Shown here: positions 22,025-34,274 of the stretch, piece after piece | Layout of the letters: every line of letters starts with the position of its first letter | Position numbering within the stretch: position 1 is the stretch's first letter | DNA from: Chrysemys picta bellii | Lineage: Eukaryota | DNA: 64,000 nucleotides | NCBI RefSeq assembly: GCF_011386835.1 | Contig: NC_088791.1 | Span: 8,804,001 to 8,868,000, forward strand | Direction: 5' to 3' | Program-made: the position numbers and the translations under genes | The notes under the pieces: model-generated | The model's database searches: none | Told to the model about the DNA's origin: nothing | The model's input: only the letters and a program-made list of their open reading frames with translations

Positions 22025-23785
22025 ATGAATAAATTGGAATATGACCAGGAGGCTGCTAGACAGCTCTCTAACACCACATTCTACAGGCCATTATCCTCTG
22101 ATCCCACTGAGGATTACCTAAAGAAACTACACCATCTGCTAAAAAAACTCCCTGACAAAGCACAGGAACAAATCTGTACAGACACATGCCTAGAACCCCG
22201 ACCAGGGGTATTCTATTTGCTACCCAAGATCCATAAACCTGGATATCCTGGACGCCCCATCATCTCAGGCATTGGCACCCTAACATCAGGCTTGTCTGGT
22301 TATGTAGACTCTCTCCTCAGACCCTACGCTACCAGCACTCCCAGCTATCTTCGAGACACCACTGACTTCCTGAGGAAACTACAATCCATCGGTGATCTTC
22401 CAGAAAACACCATCCTGGCCACTATGGACGTAGAAGCCCTCTACACCAATATTCCACACAAAGATGGACTACAAGCTATCAGGAACAGTATCCCTGATAA
22501 TATCACAGCTAACCTGGTAGCTGAACTTTGTGATTTTGTCCTCACCCACAACTATTTCACATTTGGGGACAATATATACCTTCAAGTCAGCGGCACTGCT
22601 ATGGGTACCCGCATGGCCCCACAATATGCCAACATTTTTATGGCTGACTTAGAACAACGCTTCCTTAGCTCTCGTCCCCTAACGCCCCTACTCTACTTGC
22701 GCTACATTGATGACATCTTCATCATCTGGACCCATGGAAAAGAAGCCCTTGAGGAATTTCACCATGATTTCAACAATTTCCATCCCACCATCAACCTCAG
22801 CCTAGATCAATCCACACAAGCGGTCCATTTCCTGGACACTACTGTGCTAATAAGCGATGGTCACATAAATACCACCCTATACCGGAAACCTACTGACCGC
22901 TACACTTACCTACATGCCTCCAGCTTCCATCCAGGACACACCACACGATCCATTGTCTACAGCCAAGCTCTAAGATATAACCGCATTTGCTCCAATCCCT
23001 CGGATAGAGACAAGCACCTACAAGATCTCTATCAAGCATTCTTAAAACTACAATACCCACCTGCTGAAGTGAAAAAACAGATTGACAGAGCCAGACGAGT
23101 ACCCAGAAGTCACCTCCTACAAGACAGGCCCAACAAAGAAAATAACAGAACACCACTAGCTGTCACCTTCAGCCCCCAACTAAAACCTCTCCAGCGCATC
23201 ATCAGAGATCTACAACCTATCCTGAAAGATGATCCTTTACTCTCACAGATCTTGGGAGACAGACCTGTCCTCGCTTACAGACAACCCCCCAACCTAAAGC
23301 AAATACTCACCAGCAACCACACATCACTGAACAAAACCACTAACCCAGGAACCTATCCTTGTAACAAACCCCGATGTCAACTCTGTCCACATATCTATTC
23401 CAGTGACATCATCATAGGACCTAATCACATCAGCCATACCATCAGGGGCTCGTTCACCTGCACATCTACCAATGTGATATATGCCATCATGTGCCAGCAA
23501 TGCCCCTCTGCCATGTACATTGGCCAAACCGGACAGTCTCTACGCAAAAGAATTAATGGACACAAATCTGACATCAGGAATCAAAATACTCAAAAACCAG
23601 TGGGAGAACACTTTAACCTGTCTGGTCATTCAGTGACAGACCTGCGGGTGGCTATATTACAACAGAAAAACTTCAAAAACAGACTCCAACGAGAAACTGC
23701 TGAGCTAGAATTGATATGCAAACTAGACACAATCAACTCCGGTTTAAATAAGGACTGGGAATGGTTGGGCCATTACAAACATTGA
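22025..23785 (+). CDS. PLE polyprotein, N-terminally truncated: reverse transcriptase plus Cys-rich linker plus GIY-YIG endonuclease
   Basis: 586 aa with no stops, open upstream to 21926 (HNLSHAEHNAIYSLRNNPDIIIKKADKGGAVVI). Motifs PGRPIISG, DVEALYTNI, GTAMG, RYIDD; linker CNKPRCQLC (a Neptune-type feature); VIY...YIGQT. Confidence 0.96.
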   Translation: MNKLEYDQEAARQLSNTTFYRPLSSDPTEDYLKKLHHLLKKLPDKAQEQICTDTCLEPRPGVFYLLPKIHKPGYPGRPIISGIGTLTSGLSGYVDSLLRPYATSTPSYLRDTTDFLRKLQSIGDLPENTILATMDVEALYTNIPHKDGLQAIRNSIPDNITANLVAELCDFVLTHNYFTFGDNIYLQVSGTAMGTRMAPQYANIFMADLEQRFLSSRPLTPLLYLRYIDDIFIIWTHGKEALEEFHHDFNNFHPTINLSLDQSTQAVHFLDTTVLISDGHINTTLYRKPTDRYTYLHASSFHPGHTTRSIVYSQALRYNRICSNPSDRDKHLQDLYQAFLKLQYPPAEVKKQIDRARRVPRSHLLQDRPNKENNRTPLAVTFSPQLKPLQRIIRDLQPILKDDPLLSQILGDRPVLAYRQPPNLKQILTSNHTSLNKTTNPGTYPCNKPRCQLCPHIYSSDIIIGPNHISHTIRGSFTCTSTNVIYAIMCQQCPSAMYIGQTGQSLRKRINGHKSDIRNQNTQKPVGEHFNLSGHSVTDLRVAILQQKNFKNRLQRETAELELICKLDTINSGLNKDWEWLGHYKH

Positions 23786-23980
23786 AATCTATCTCCCCTT
23801 GTAAGTATTCTCACACTTGTTATCTAACTGTCTGTCTGTGCTGGGCTAGCTTGATTATCACTTCAAAAGTTTTTTTCTCTTAATTAATTGGCCTCTCAGA
23901 GGTGGTAAGACAACTCCCACCTGTTTATGCTCTCTGTATGTGTGTATATATATCTCCTCAATATATGTTCCATTCTATAT

Positions 23981-24020
23981 GCATCCGAAGAAGTGGGCTA
24001 TAGTCCACGAAAGCTTATGC
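23981..24020 (+). ncRNA. Minimal type I hammerhead motif in pLTR
   Basis: GCAT-CCGAAGA-A-GTGGGC(TATA)GTCCAC-GAAA-GC-TT^ATGC: stem I GCAT/ATGC, palindromic AAGCTT stem III, predicted cut between 24016 and 24017; U4 replaced by C. Confidence 0.8.
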
Positions 24021-24514
24021 TCTAATAAATTTGTTAGTCTCTAAGGTGCCACAAGTCCTCCTGTTCTTCTTTTTGCGGATACAGACTAACACGGCTGCTA
24101 CTCTAATACAATTACCATGACCTACACATTGTAATGTCCCATACATACAGCTAGTGTGAGAACACAGGGTCAATCATGGGAGCTGGCGGGAAAGAGTTGT
24201 AAGATTCAGAGGCAATGGAGTTCTAACAGAGTGCACTGGACACAGGCAGGACTCCTGAGTTTATCACCAGCTATGCCCTTGACTGTACCCAATTTGAGAT
24301 TTCTTAAAGGCTCCTGATCTTCAGAAAGGGCTGAGAATCTACTTAAAATGGAGGCACCCAAAATCATTAGTCACTTTTGAAAATTCTGACCTGCATGTGA
24401 ACTTGGGCAAATCATTTTAACTACCCATGACTCAGTTTCCCTTTCTGTAAAATTATGTTCCACTTTATTTCGAACAATAACAGCCCCTCACTCTTAAATG
24501 GCTCTTTTCATCAG

Positions 24515-24685
24515 CAGATCTCAAAGCATTTTACAAAGGAGTTTTGTATCATTATCCCCATTTTTACAAACAGGGTAAGCGAGACACGGACAGGTGACAT
24601 GACATGCCCAAAGTCACCCAGCCAGGCTGAAAACCAGGTATAAAACCCAGATCTCCTGCGTTCCAGTCCAGTGCTCTATCCACTT
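24515..24685 (-). mobile_element. MIR/CORE-SINE
   Basis: ATTATCCCCATTTTTACAAACAGGG.AAGCGAGACAC...GACATGCCCAAAGTCACCCAGC. Confidence 0.8.
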
Positions 24686-25119
24686 GGCCACAGTGCTCCT
24701 ACTCATGCACTCACTGATCCCTGGAAGAAAAATGCTTTATATGTGCTATGTATTATTATTTTATTCCAGGAGAAGTGATTGGATCACATTCACTTATATG
24801 CATGCAGAAGGCATGCTGCCTTTTTCCGAATATCGCCCCCCACTTAATGTCCCACCCTCCTCAAAAATTTTAGCATCTTCTCCATCAACACATCTTTATT
24901 TCACTGACATAATTTGCTTGGCCAAGACAGCTGCTTTTTCCAGGAACCACCTCCTCTCACATCAATAAAGTGACACCCTCAAGGCAAAGATGGTTTCTTT
25001 GATCTACATCCAAAATGACCGAAGTGAGTCATTTTTTTTTCTTTATTTCTTGAAGTGTTGAGGACGATAACAAGAGAAATCACAATTAATTGATTTATCA
25101 ATCTACAGTACTTGTATGG

Positions 25120-25350
25120 CTCCCATTATGGCAGTATTTGAGCACCTTGCAGACTTTAATGTATTTACGCTCACCACACCCTGGTGATGCAGGGCAGTGC
25201 TACTAACCCTGTTTTGCGGGGGGGGGGGGGGGGGGGAGGAATTGAGGCACGGAGAGACTAAATGACAGGCCAAAGATCACACAGGAAGCCGGTAGTGAAG
25301 CCGGGATTTGAACCTAAGTCTCCCAAGTCAGTCCCTTAACCACTTGGCCA
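25120..25350 (-). mobile_element. MIR/CORE-SINE containing a G19 run
   Basis: AATTGAGGCACGGAGAGACTAAATGAC...CCAAAGATCACACAGGAAG...GGGATTTGAACCTAAGTCTCC; poly-G at 25218-25236. Confidence 0.78.
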
Positions 25351-26654
25351 CCCCTCCTCTCCATGGGAAGGATTTTTTGAACACAGGCATTTCTGACATT
25401 TCCAGCATTTATCAGCGATGTCTTAGCAGTCACTATGCCCCCTGAACAGATCAATATGATTTTCTTAATTGTCGATATTTTCTACTTCCACACGTAGTTC
25501 TCTAGATGAGGTAACTTCTCTTAGCAGAATTGATAGCGTGTCCCCTGTCAATTTCAGCAGCATGATTTCTTTCAGATATAAACCATTTGTTCCCCAATGC
25601 TTACACTCCGCTGACTTCATCAGTCTAAAATGACACATATGGGGTGAGGCAGCATCTGCATGGGGACCCATTCAGTCCAATAACTTTGAAAATTCACTCA
25701 ACTGTCAGAGCTGCAGTGGGACTTCCCCCAGCAAAACGCACACGGAAAGAAACACAAAGGAAGGCAGTTTATTCCCTTATTTGCACAGATCGATAAAGCG
25801 AATAAAGTTATCCACCAGGGAAACTGCAGAGTCATGAAGCAAGAGAAAGGCAGAAGAGGCCTATCTCTGAAATAACACACCCAATGTCACCAACTTCTGT
25901 GGACTGACATTTCCTGATGTCTTCAAGGGGATGCTTGTCATGATTAAGCTGTGACCCACTGTGCTTTTATATTTGTTCCCATATCTGTTTGCAATGTTCA
26001 TATCACTCTTTATATGGATACCCTTCTTTATACAGGGCTTCTTACAGAGCTTTTCTGATCTGGAAAGTAATTTTAGAAATAAGAATTAACCTTCCCAGTG
26101 CCCCTGGTAGTATCCTTGTTCTACAGGTAAGGAAAGCAAGGCAGAGCACTCAGTTTCACAAATGCATATGCACATGCTAAGCTTTAAGCCGATGAATACT
26201 GCCATTGAGGTCAAAGGGACTACTCACATGTTCACAGTTTGAGCATTTGCATAACTGTCCGTAGGAATGGGGTGTAAACGACTTGCCAAAGGCCACAGGA
26301 AGAGTTGGTATCAGACCCAGGATTAGATACAGAATTCTTAGTTCCCAGCCTCGTGCATTAATTTCTAACCCAAAACTCTGCTAAGGCTCCCACTTCAATC
26401 ACCATAGACCTTGTCTACATCAGGAAACTACACCAGGTTAGGTAACCATGTGTTCTAATATTATGTAATTTCTTGGCACAGACAGGGCGACAGTGGCTCA
26501 TTATCACTCAGTAAGGGCCAGAAGCGTGTCCGCGGTGCTTTAAGGGATTTGTATTTTATTTGACGCGAACCATAAAGTAATCACAGTGCATGTGAATGCT
26601 GATAGGCAGAGATGATTTAGGGAGTGTGAAACTTAAGACTGCTCAGCAAAGCTT

Positions 26655-26810
26655 CCAAGAACAATGGTCTAAAGCTAAGGAAAGAAAATTCAAGCTAAAT
26701 ATTAGGGAAAAGTTATTAAGAGCCAAAGCAAATACGCAGTGGAATGGATGACCGAGGGATATGGTTGAGGAACCATCACTGCACATATTCAAGAACAGTA
26801 GGATTAAATG
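26655..26810 (+). mobile_element. Old CR1 3' fragment
   Basis: AGAACAATGGTCTAAAGCTAAGGAAAGAAAATTCAAGCTAAATATTAGGGAAAA encodes an NNGLKL...FKLNIRE-type CR1 C-terminus. Confidence 0.7.
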
Positions 26811-27772
26811 ATAATGGCAATGACAGTGAAACACTGAAATTTTCACTGGTTCAAAAGACTCCATTAAAGTAGGTGGGGATTTTGCATGAGAAAAGATTGA
26901 GTAAAAACCTAATAAGGATATCATCTCAAAGAGAACAGCTAAGCAGTGTGGGTGGATGCTATAAGTGATTTTCCCCTGCCCTCACTATTTATGATCTCAC
27001 TAAAAAACTGATCTCATGGAAAATATATTACACACAAACCCCCCTATATTAAAAGAACATTATTAAGGTTGCAAAGTCGGCACTCAAAAGGGAGGAAATG
27101 CCAGAATTAAGGTTATTTGTACAACATTAGTTCGGCCCCCTTGCAAGTATGCATTATCATACGGTCTTCAATTACATGATCACATAAAATTTTTTTCCAG
27201 GTTTCCTCCCTCCTTCAGTGAACGGGATGGATCTGCTCTGGGAATGAATCAAGATTGTGTACTGAACAACAGGGTTGAAACCTTTAGAGCCATCACACCA
27301 AGCTCTGCCACTTGAGTTAATGGAATAACATAGTATTATTTGGTTGTCATCCTCTATGTGGATCAGCACTAGTGAGGGATGGGGCACTTTTCCAGTGCAT
27401 TTCACACACAGTTGCTAACAGCAGAAGAATGAGGAGACTCAGGATCCTTGGGTTCCCTTCCAGACTCCTCCTACCCCATTCCCACCAATCTATCTTTGTG
27501 TCTCAGTCTTGTCACTTTCACACCATGGCTTGTCCCAGCCCGATTCTCCTCACCTAATCAGCCCCAATCTCAGACTCCTTGCTCAGCAAATCCTCCGTCT
27601 CATTCTTCTGGACTCCTTGACCCAGTCTCCACCCATACCCAGTCCCAATCTTCTTGCCCACCTACTCCCTGTTCCTGCCAGCTCCCCAGCTGCTTCTCCT
27701 CCGTCTCCATGCCCAGCCAATCCCCGTTCCTCCTCACCCATGTCCTTAATTGATCTGTCTCTCCCGCAGCAA

Positions 27773-28076
27773 TAGGGTGGCCAGGTGACCAGATTTCGAC
27801 AGGAAAGTCTGGTCGAAAAGGGCACCTGACCAGACATCCAAAGTCTGGTTACTGCGGGTGGGGAGGTGCCAGGTCATCACCGGCACCAGCCCCTACTCAG
27901 TTAGGGCTGCCTCCTACCTGCATTGGGCGACTGCAGCTCCCAGCCTTGGCTCTGCAGGCTAGTCCCTCCTGACTTGGGTAGAGGGGAGAGTGGAAATGCA
28001 GTGAGTGATGGGGAGAGGAGGGAAGAAGGGGGGCAGGGCCTTGGGGGAAGAGGCGGGGCAGGGGTTGGCAACCCTA
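27773..28076. mobile_element. hAT MITE (TAGGGT-terminus family)
   Basis: TAGGGTGGCCA...TGGCAACCCTA; TSD CGCAGCAA / CCCAGCAA. Confidence 0.82.
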
Positions 28077-29845
28077 CCCAGCAACCTGGCCACCAGTCAC
28101 CCCTCCACCCACACTCCCTGTCCCGCCGTCCCATTCTTCCTTCTGGCCCTTCTCCATTTGACTTAGGCAGCTTCTTCCCCCAGAGACCTGGGCCCAGCAG
28201 GGGCAGGTCCCATTGAGAGCTCAGGAAAGAGTCTTCCCGCTCTCAGTTCAGATGGCTGGACCTGAACAGCTTGAAGCAGCCCAGACCTGCAATTTCAGGG
28301 AAAGTCCTAGTCAGCTCCCAGCCTGACCCATAATATTTTATAGACAGACACGCACATACATAGACTATTATTTATTTCAATTTATGACAAACACCTATCT
28401 GAACCCTAGGCACTTTCTGATCTTTACAACAGACATGAGATATTTGACTGAGTGACCATCATCATTAAATAAATATCTCCACAAGAATATCTTCCAAAAA
28501 TCCTCCTCACTCAGCTCACCCCCTCAGTCATCCCACCCAGAGAATAGGATAAAAAAAAAAGTCATTTTGAGTGAAAAACTCACCAATATAAAATGGTTTA
28601 AAAATTAAATAATTGAAAACTTTTGACTCTGGATTAAAACCCTCAAACAAGGCACAGCGGAGTGTGTGCTGCACACATGACTGTGTGCCAATGGGCCTCT
28701 GGAATCAGATGCCTTTCCATAAATCCAAATAAAAAAACCCCATAAGAAATCATCACGATGGTGAAAATGGCTCTATGATAGATCATTTCAACAGCTACTA
28801 TTTTCGTTTTATTTTCCAAAGAGTGAGATTTTAGATACACTTTGCTGCCAAACAGGACCATAAAGAAGGGATGAAGCCTCAAAAGGAAGAGCTTTGATTC
28901 AAATGGTCTGCTTAGATTGTTTTACTAGAAAAAGAACCCTTCAGATGCAATTTACAAGGGATTCAAGAAACAGTATCACCAGCCTCATTTAAAACCATCT
29001 CTCACTGGCACATGAAAATTGAAGAAAAACCCATAAAGGTTAACGCACTGTGGGGTGCATTCTCTCGATGGGTGAGAATAAGTCATATGGCGCATCAAGA
29101 ATATTCCCCTAACACTTGGTAATTACACTTATTTAACATAACTGCATTCTTCCTTCTGTAAAATGCTCCAAAGCTTTCTCCAAATAAAAATGCAAACCAA
29201 GCACACCATCAGACCCTGGACCATGCTCACTGCATATACTCCAGGGTAATTGTCCAAAATCCTAATGAAGCTAAGCGGGATTCAACTGATCAGATATACA
29301 TTTTTGTGAAATGTCTGCATGGGATGGAGATCCTAAAAAGATGAGGAAAAAACGGAAATCTGCATCTCATATCCAATTCACAACCTGCGCTTGCAGAGTG
29401 ATATACAAATTTAACTTGTTTTATCTCTCTATGAAAGCATTTGAGGTGATTTGTGACTACAATTAAGTGTTCCCTGTAGACAGAAAAGCACTTTAGGTAA
29501 AATGAAGTGCCTTTTTGCAAATGACAGTCGTTTGGATTTTTTAAAAAAAGCACATCATTTCAGAATATTTAAGTCATTCTAATTCCCAACTTTGAAGGCT
29601 GCCTTACCTATACTGTATGTGTTTAAAAAAAAAAGATTGATTCAGAAACTTATATCATCATTCGTCCAATGCTTAGGTGTTTTTTCCTTTTGTTATTAAA
29701 CCTCTAATAAAAAGAAATGTCATTAAAAATAGAGAAAATACCTCACTGAATTCCAGTAACACCAGCAACTTCAATGAAGCCTACCCTGATTTAACTAATG
29801 AAGCTATTACCTGAAAGTGCCCCCAAAATAAACAACTGGATTGGA

Positions 29846-29932
29846 TTTTCAAAAGCACCTAAATCATTTAGGAGCACAAGTCCCAAATTCAATGGGATTT
29901 GTACTCCTAAGTTACTTAGGTGCTTTTGAAAA
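29846..29932. repeat. Short palindromic ancient DNA-element relic
   Basis: Imperfect ~40-bp arms TTTTCAAAAGCACCTAA...TCCCA / TGGGA...TTAGGTGCTTTTGAAAA around a 7-nt loop; related termini at 44634-44836 and about 24300-24390. Confidence 0.75.
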
Positions 29933-30649
29933 ACCTGCCTATTATATACTAGCTAATCCCCACAACACAACTACTCCAGAATCATTTCATCTTTATTTCA
30001 TGGTAGACTATTTTGTATTATTATAATTAATAATAATAATGTACGGTAGTTCCCATGATGTGGTAGGTGCTTTTCATACATTCAAGAAGGGACAGCATCA
30101 GCTAGGAGAAGATCACAATCTAAGGGTAGACAAATAGATAGAACAATTGGCAGGACATACCCAAATCAGCTCAATTCACTGTATGTAGCACAGCAGAAGA
30201 AGGGTGTTTGAAAAGCTTTTCATTGTGAATGGCTTTCCCAAAATCATTTTTCAGCCTTTAAGGTAATTTTAGATTGATTAGAAGGAGGAATTAATAAACT
30301 GTGAAGTCTATGAGGCTGTGAAATAGGCACCCCCAGGAAGTGATGGAAGCTTCATACTATTCAGAAAGAGACTGTACAATGCATTGGAAATCATTCCCTA
30401 GGGACCAATCTTACAACAGCATAGTGGATGGACTAGATGAGCCAGTAGAATTTTTGCATCCCTAATTTTCAGTACGTTCATTTCTACTTCACTGGTCGAC
30501 ACTTAAACTGCTTCCCTGTCGCCTGTATATGTATTTATCTAATAACAAAATAAGGAGTCATTTTAAAGTTTAATCCTAAAAACAGAAATAAGAAATGATT
30601 AAAACAAACTGGGTTATGCAGTCAATCCCCTTGCTGGTGCAGAATTGTT

Positions 30650-30882
30650 CCCTTCATTACACTGTTGAATACTTCGTCTTGTCTACATTTTAATATCCCA
30701 AGTGGTGGATGTTTTCATCACTTCCCTTGATAAAATATTCCACAGCTTGATAGATCTCACTGTTGGGAAGTTTTTTGTGATATTAAACCTAAATTTCCTT
30801 CTCTTCGTTTCATCCTGTTATGCCCATGTGTCACCTTACACAATTTTTTCTTCCTCCTTGGTGATCACACCCTTCAGATACT
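30650..30882 (-). mobile_element. Old CR1 3' fragment
   Basis: CACTTCCCTTG..AAAATATTCCACAG...GATAGATCTCACTGTT.GGAAGTTTT..TGATATT.AACCTAAATTT resembles the CR1 ORF2 end in antisense. A plus-strand CR1-like relic also lies at about 30270-30470. Confidence 0.65.
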
Positions 30883-31813
30883 TAATAAATCCTAGAACCC
30901 ACACAGAGAACATCCTGACAGACACCCTCTCTCCTTTATAACTAGGGGGATTCAGATCAAATGTCCCTACTGACTGCAGCTATGAGAATATGGCATGGGG
31001 AGAGAAGTGATTAAACAACATCCCATGAAACTGGTACTACGGAGCTGCTTATAAACACTCTGCTTACGATGAAATAATTGGGTTGCTTTTTTCCATCCCC
31101 CTAAATAGCTATTTCATGTACCAAGTTGGTTGACAAAACCATCTCGTTGGAATAGAACCCAATTCTCAACACAATCCTCATTCCATTTCATCCTCTCATT
31201 CCTTTCTTTGCTCTTGAAGTGAAATCCTATTGAGACTCTTGAAGTGTCAAGTGGTTCTGATCATTACATATGTACGTAGTATAGTAAATATAAAACATCC
31301 GCCATATTGGGTACACTAGAGATCATTTGCCATTGAAGACCCATCAGTTGAGTAGATACTAAAATGATGGAATGCACAGTACTTCCACAGAAAAACTAGA
31401 CCACTGGGAATTATTTTGGTTACAGTATTACCAGTTACCATTGAATTGATATATCTCTGAGGAAGGTGCTAATGATAAATACCTTAACCATATGGAAGAT
31501 AAACCAGCTGTCTACACGAAAAGACTGTGTGCAGGGAATAGTATGTAGGAAATGGAAGCCCAAGCTCCCACCTAGGTGACAGAGCACAAGCTAACGGAAG
31601 GTGTAGGCACAACTCCTTACTGAGATTCGTCCATGGTGGTTGTATTTAAAAGCCTGTCGGCTTCCTCTCAGATAAATACTTAAGTTGATGTCACTATCTG
31701 AAGGATTCCCTGCACTTACTATAGGACGTACCCAGGCAATGTGGCAAAATGCTGAGGTAACAGTTTTAAAGGGAGACCACTAAATCTTAGGCATCTGTCA
31801 TCGAAGTAACTTG

Positions 31814-32103
31814 GGGTACGTCTTCACTACCCACCAGATCGGCGGGTAGTGATCGATCTATTGGGGATCGATTTATCGCGTCTAGTGTAGACGCGATAAA
31901 TCGATCGCTCTGCCGTCGACTCCGGAACTCCACCGCGGCGAGAGGCGGAAGTGGAGTTGACGGGGGAGTGGCAGCTGTCGATCCCGTGCTGTGAGGACGG
32001 GAGGTAAGTCGAACTAAGATACGCAACTTCAGCTACGAGAATAGCGTAGCTGAAGTCGACGTATCTTAGGTTGAACCCCCCCCCCCCCAGTGTAGACCAG
32101 GCC
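31814..32103 (+). mobile_element. PIF/Harbinger-type MITE, family A
   Basis: GGGTACGTCTTCAC...GTGTAGACCAGGCC; flanks TTG/TTA; internal palindromes. Confidence 0.88.
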
Positions 32104-32559
32104 TTAGTGTCAATTTAATGCAAGTTAGCTCATCTCTGGTCTAAAGTAGTAGAGAGTGCAGAGACCTGTCTTCAAACCTGGTTGAGGTCACCAGCTTCTG
32201 CCCATATCACAAAAGCACTGCACATTTTGGCTGGGTGGCTAATCTCTGCTCAGTGCTGGGAAAATAGAGTTTGACAGTCAAGACTGCAATACACCTGATA
32301 GAGAAGTGTGGGAGAGGCTTATATACAGCACGCCCCTGTAATACATTGTGGTACCAGTTGGAACTGAAACTTATGTTCAGTGAAACGTGATGGGGCAGAA
32401 TTCTGTAGGGTATTTTAGGCAATAGATTACCATAACGGTCCCTTCCGACCAGAAAATCTATCAAATCAGAAGTCCTTACTCAGGAAAAACTGTCACTGAC
32501 TTCAATAAGATTTTTGGATGAGTAAAGACTTCTGGATTTGTCCCTATAGCAGGATAAGG

Positions 32560-32800
32560 GAGGAAGAATGATGGTGTTGAGACTAAAGCACTAGGATCCA
32601 GGCAGTTTGGGTTCCTTTGCTTGTTCTATCACAGACTCCCTGTGTGATTCTTAGGTAAGTTGTTTCACTCTGCCCCCATTTCCCATCTTTAAAATGGGCT
32701 AATAAGACTTCCTATCTGTACAGGGGTACTGTGAGGATAAATTTGTTAATGGTTGTGAGGTACTCAGATATTTTTGGTGATGGAGGCCATGTGAGTACAT
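32560..32800 (+). mobile_element. MIR/CORE-SINE
   Basis: TTTGGGTTCC...CACAGACTCCCTGTGTGA...TAGGTAAGT...CCCATCTTTAAAATGGG.TAATAA. Confidence 0.72.
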
Positions 32801-34274
32801 AGAATAAAAGGTGTATTTTACAAGTAATTTGCGCTGAAGCAGCTATTGTTTAGTAACTAGCTAATTCCTGCAGATCACAAGTTTCTAGATTAGTTGAAGT
32901 ACCACTATGATAGAATGCTGTTTCTTACACATTGAATCAAAGTGGGGAGTGTTGTTAGTGGTTAGAGCACAGGATGATTAGCCAGGGCTCCTTGGACCCA
33001 GGAACTCTGGATGTAAAAAGTATGAGCACTTACTGCCTAAGCTAAAGACCCCATGTTCCATAGTTCAAAGGCTGTTGCAGATTCATAAGTGTCTATATGT
33101 GGACTAGCCACTGGAGGGGTACAGAGAGTCACACTATGTAAGCATGGGTTATACTCTCAAAACCATAGTATACCTGTAAAACGCAATGCTAAACAGGTTG
33201 ACCTGGCTTCTCCCAGTTATTTCTACAGAGCCAGAGGCATCAGCTTCACTTTACTGACACAAAAAAGGTCTCCGCTCCAAGGAGCTTACAATATAAGGAT
33301 CTCATCCGACTCCCACTGAAGTCAATGAGAGTCTTTCCCATTGAGCCCTGAATTAGACATTGTAAATACATAGGAGAGGGGAAATGATGTAGAACAGGCA
33401 TCTATTACCCTCCCTCATTACTTGGCTAGCTCATTTTAATGGTAGTACTGCATTACAACAAAGTCCATTTCCAGTTTTAACCCAGAGGGCCTAATTCTCA
33501 TCTCTATGCAATCAAGCCAGTCCCATTTACTTCAATAGGAAGTAGGCATGTGCATCCAGGAGAGGAAAGACCCCACTAAAAAGGAGGGCTCTGCTATTGT
33601 ATACATTAGTTTTTGGTCCACCTGGTCTGGATCTCAGCAGTCTCCTAACACAAGAAATCTTCATTAACAAGCTTAGGCATAAGTGAAAATATCTTTCTGC
33701 TCTGATTCAGCTGAGCAGTAGTTCAGATGCATTGCTCCAAAGCCTCTCTCCGTCTCTTTTTATTTTAATCATGTTGGAGGTGGATCTCATTACAGAAGTA
33801 ATGATTTCCACAACAAAGCCTGCACAGTGTAATTAACGTATTGCAAACATTAGCAAGATCCAGCCTGATAAAAAGTTTTTGAAAAGGTTATTTGACTACC
33901 ACTCAGATCACACATTATCTATCCTCTAATATCTTGTGAGGACATAAGCAAGCTTCAGGAAGCTGCTGCATATCTCCAAGTTGTTTGGCAGCTGCCAGAA
34001 CTTAACTGATATTCAGAGGTGATTCTTCCTAAGGTGGTAAATTGAAACAGTTTTCCGACCCTCCATAAGGAAGTCAGCTTTGTTTCAATAGCAGCAAGAC
34101 AGAAGAACTGAAAACCATTATTGTGTAAGGAAAGCTGTGAAAAGGATATAAATGTCACAGTCGGGGCAGAGCATTGGGAAATATATCATGGAGAACATTG
34201 GCAGAAGAATGGATTTAAATGACCTAACTGGCACTTCTTTTCTGTCTCCGATTTCTAGTATTCAGTGCGGGTGA

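Larger units (their letters stand above)
20959..24104 (+). mobile_element. Young 5'-truncated Penelope-like (Neptune-type) element with a 953-bp inverted 3' copy
   Basis: Arms 20959-21911 and 23122-24074 (coordinate sum 45033 throughout; all spot checks identical); exact 13-bp TSD AATACAATTACCA (20946-20958, 24105-24117); junction 21912-21925 includes a CATAACCT duplication. Confidence 0.97.

Noticed and set aside
21506-23527. Paired 67-aa ORFs (21506-21709 and 23324-23527) and ORF 22890-23156
   Set aside because: Antisense shadows of the PLE frame, duplicated only because of the inverted repeat.
27448-28216. Pro/Ser- and Gly-rich ORFs
   Set aside because: Low-complexity, stop-poor repeat and MITE sequence.
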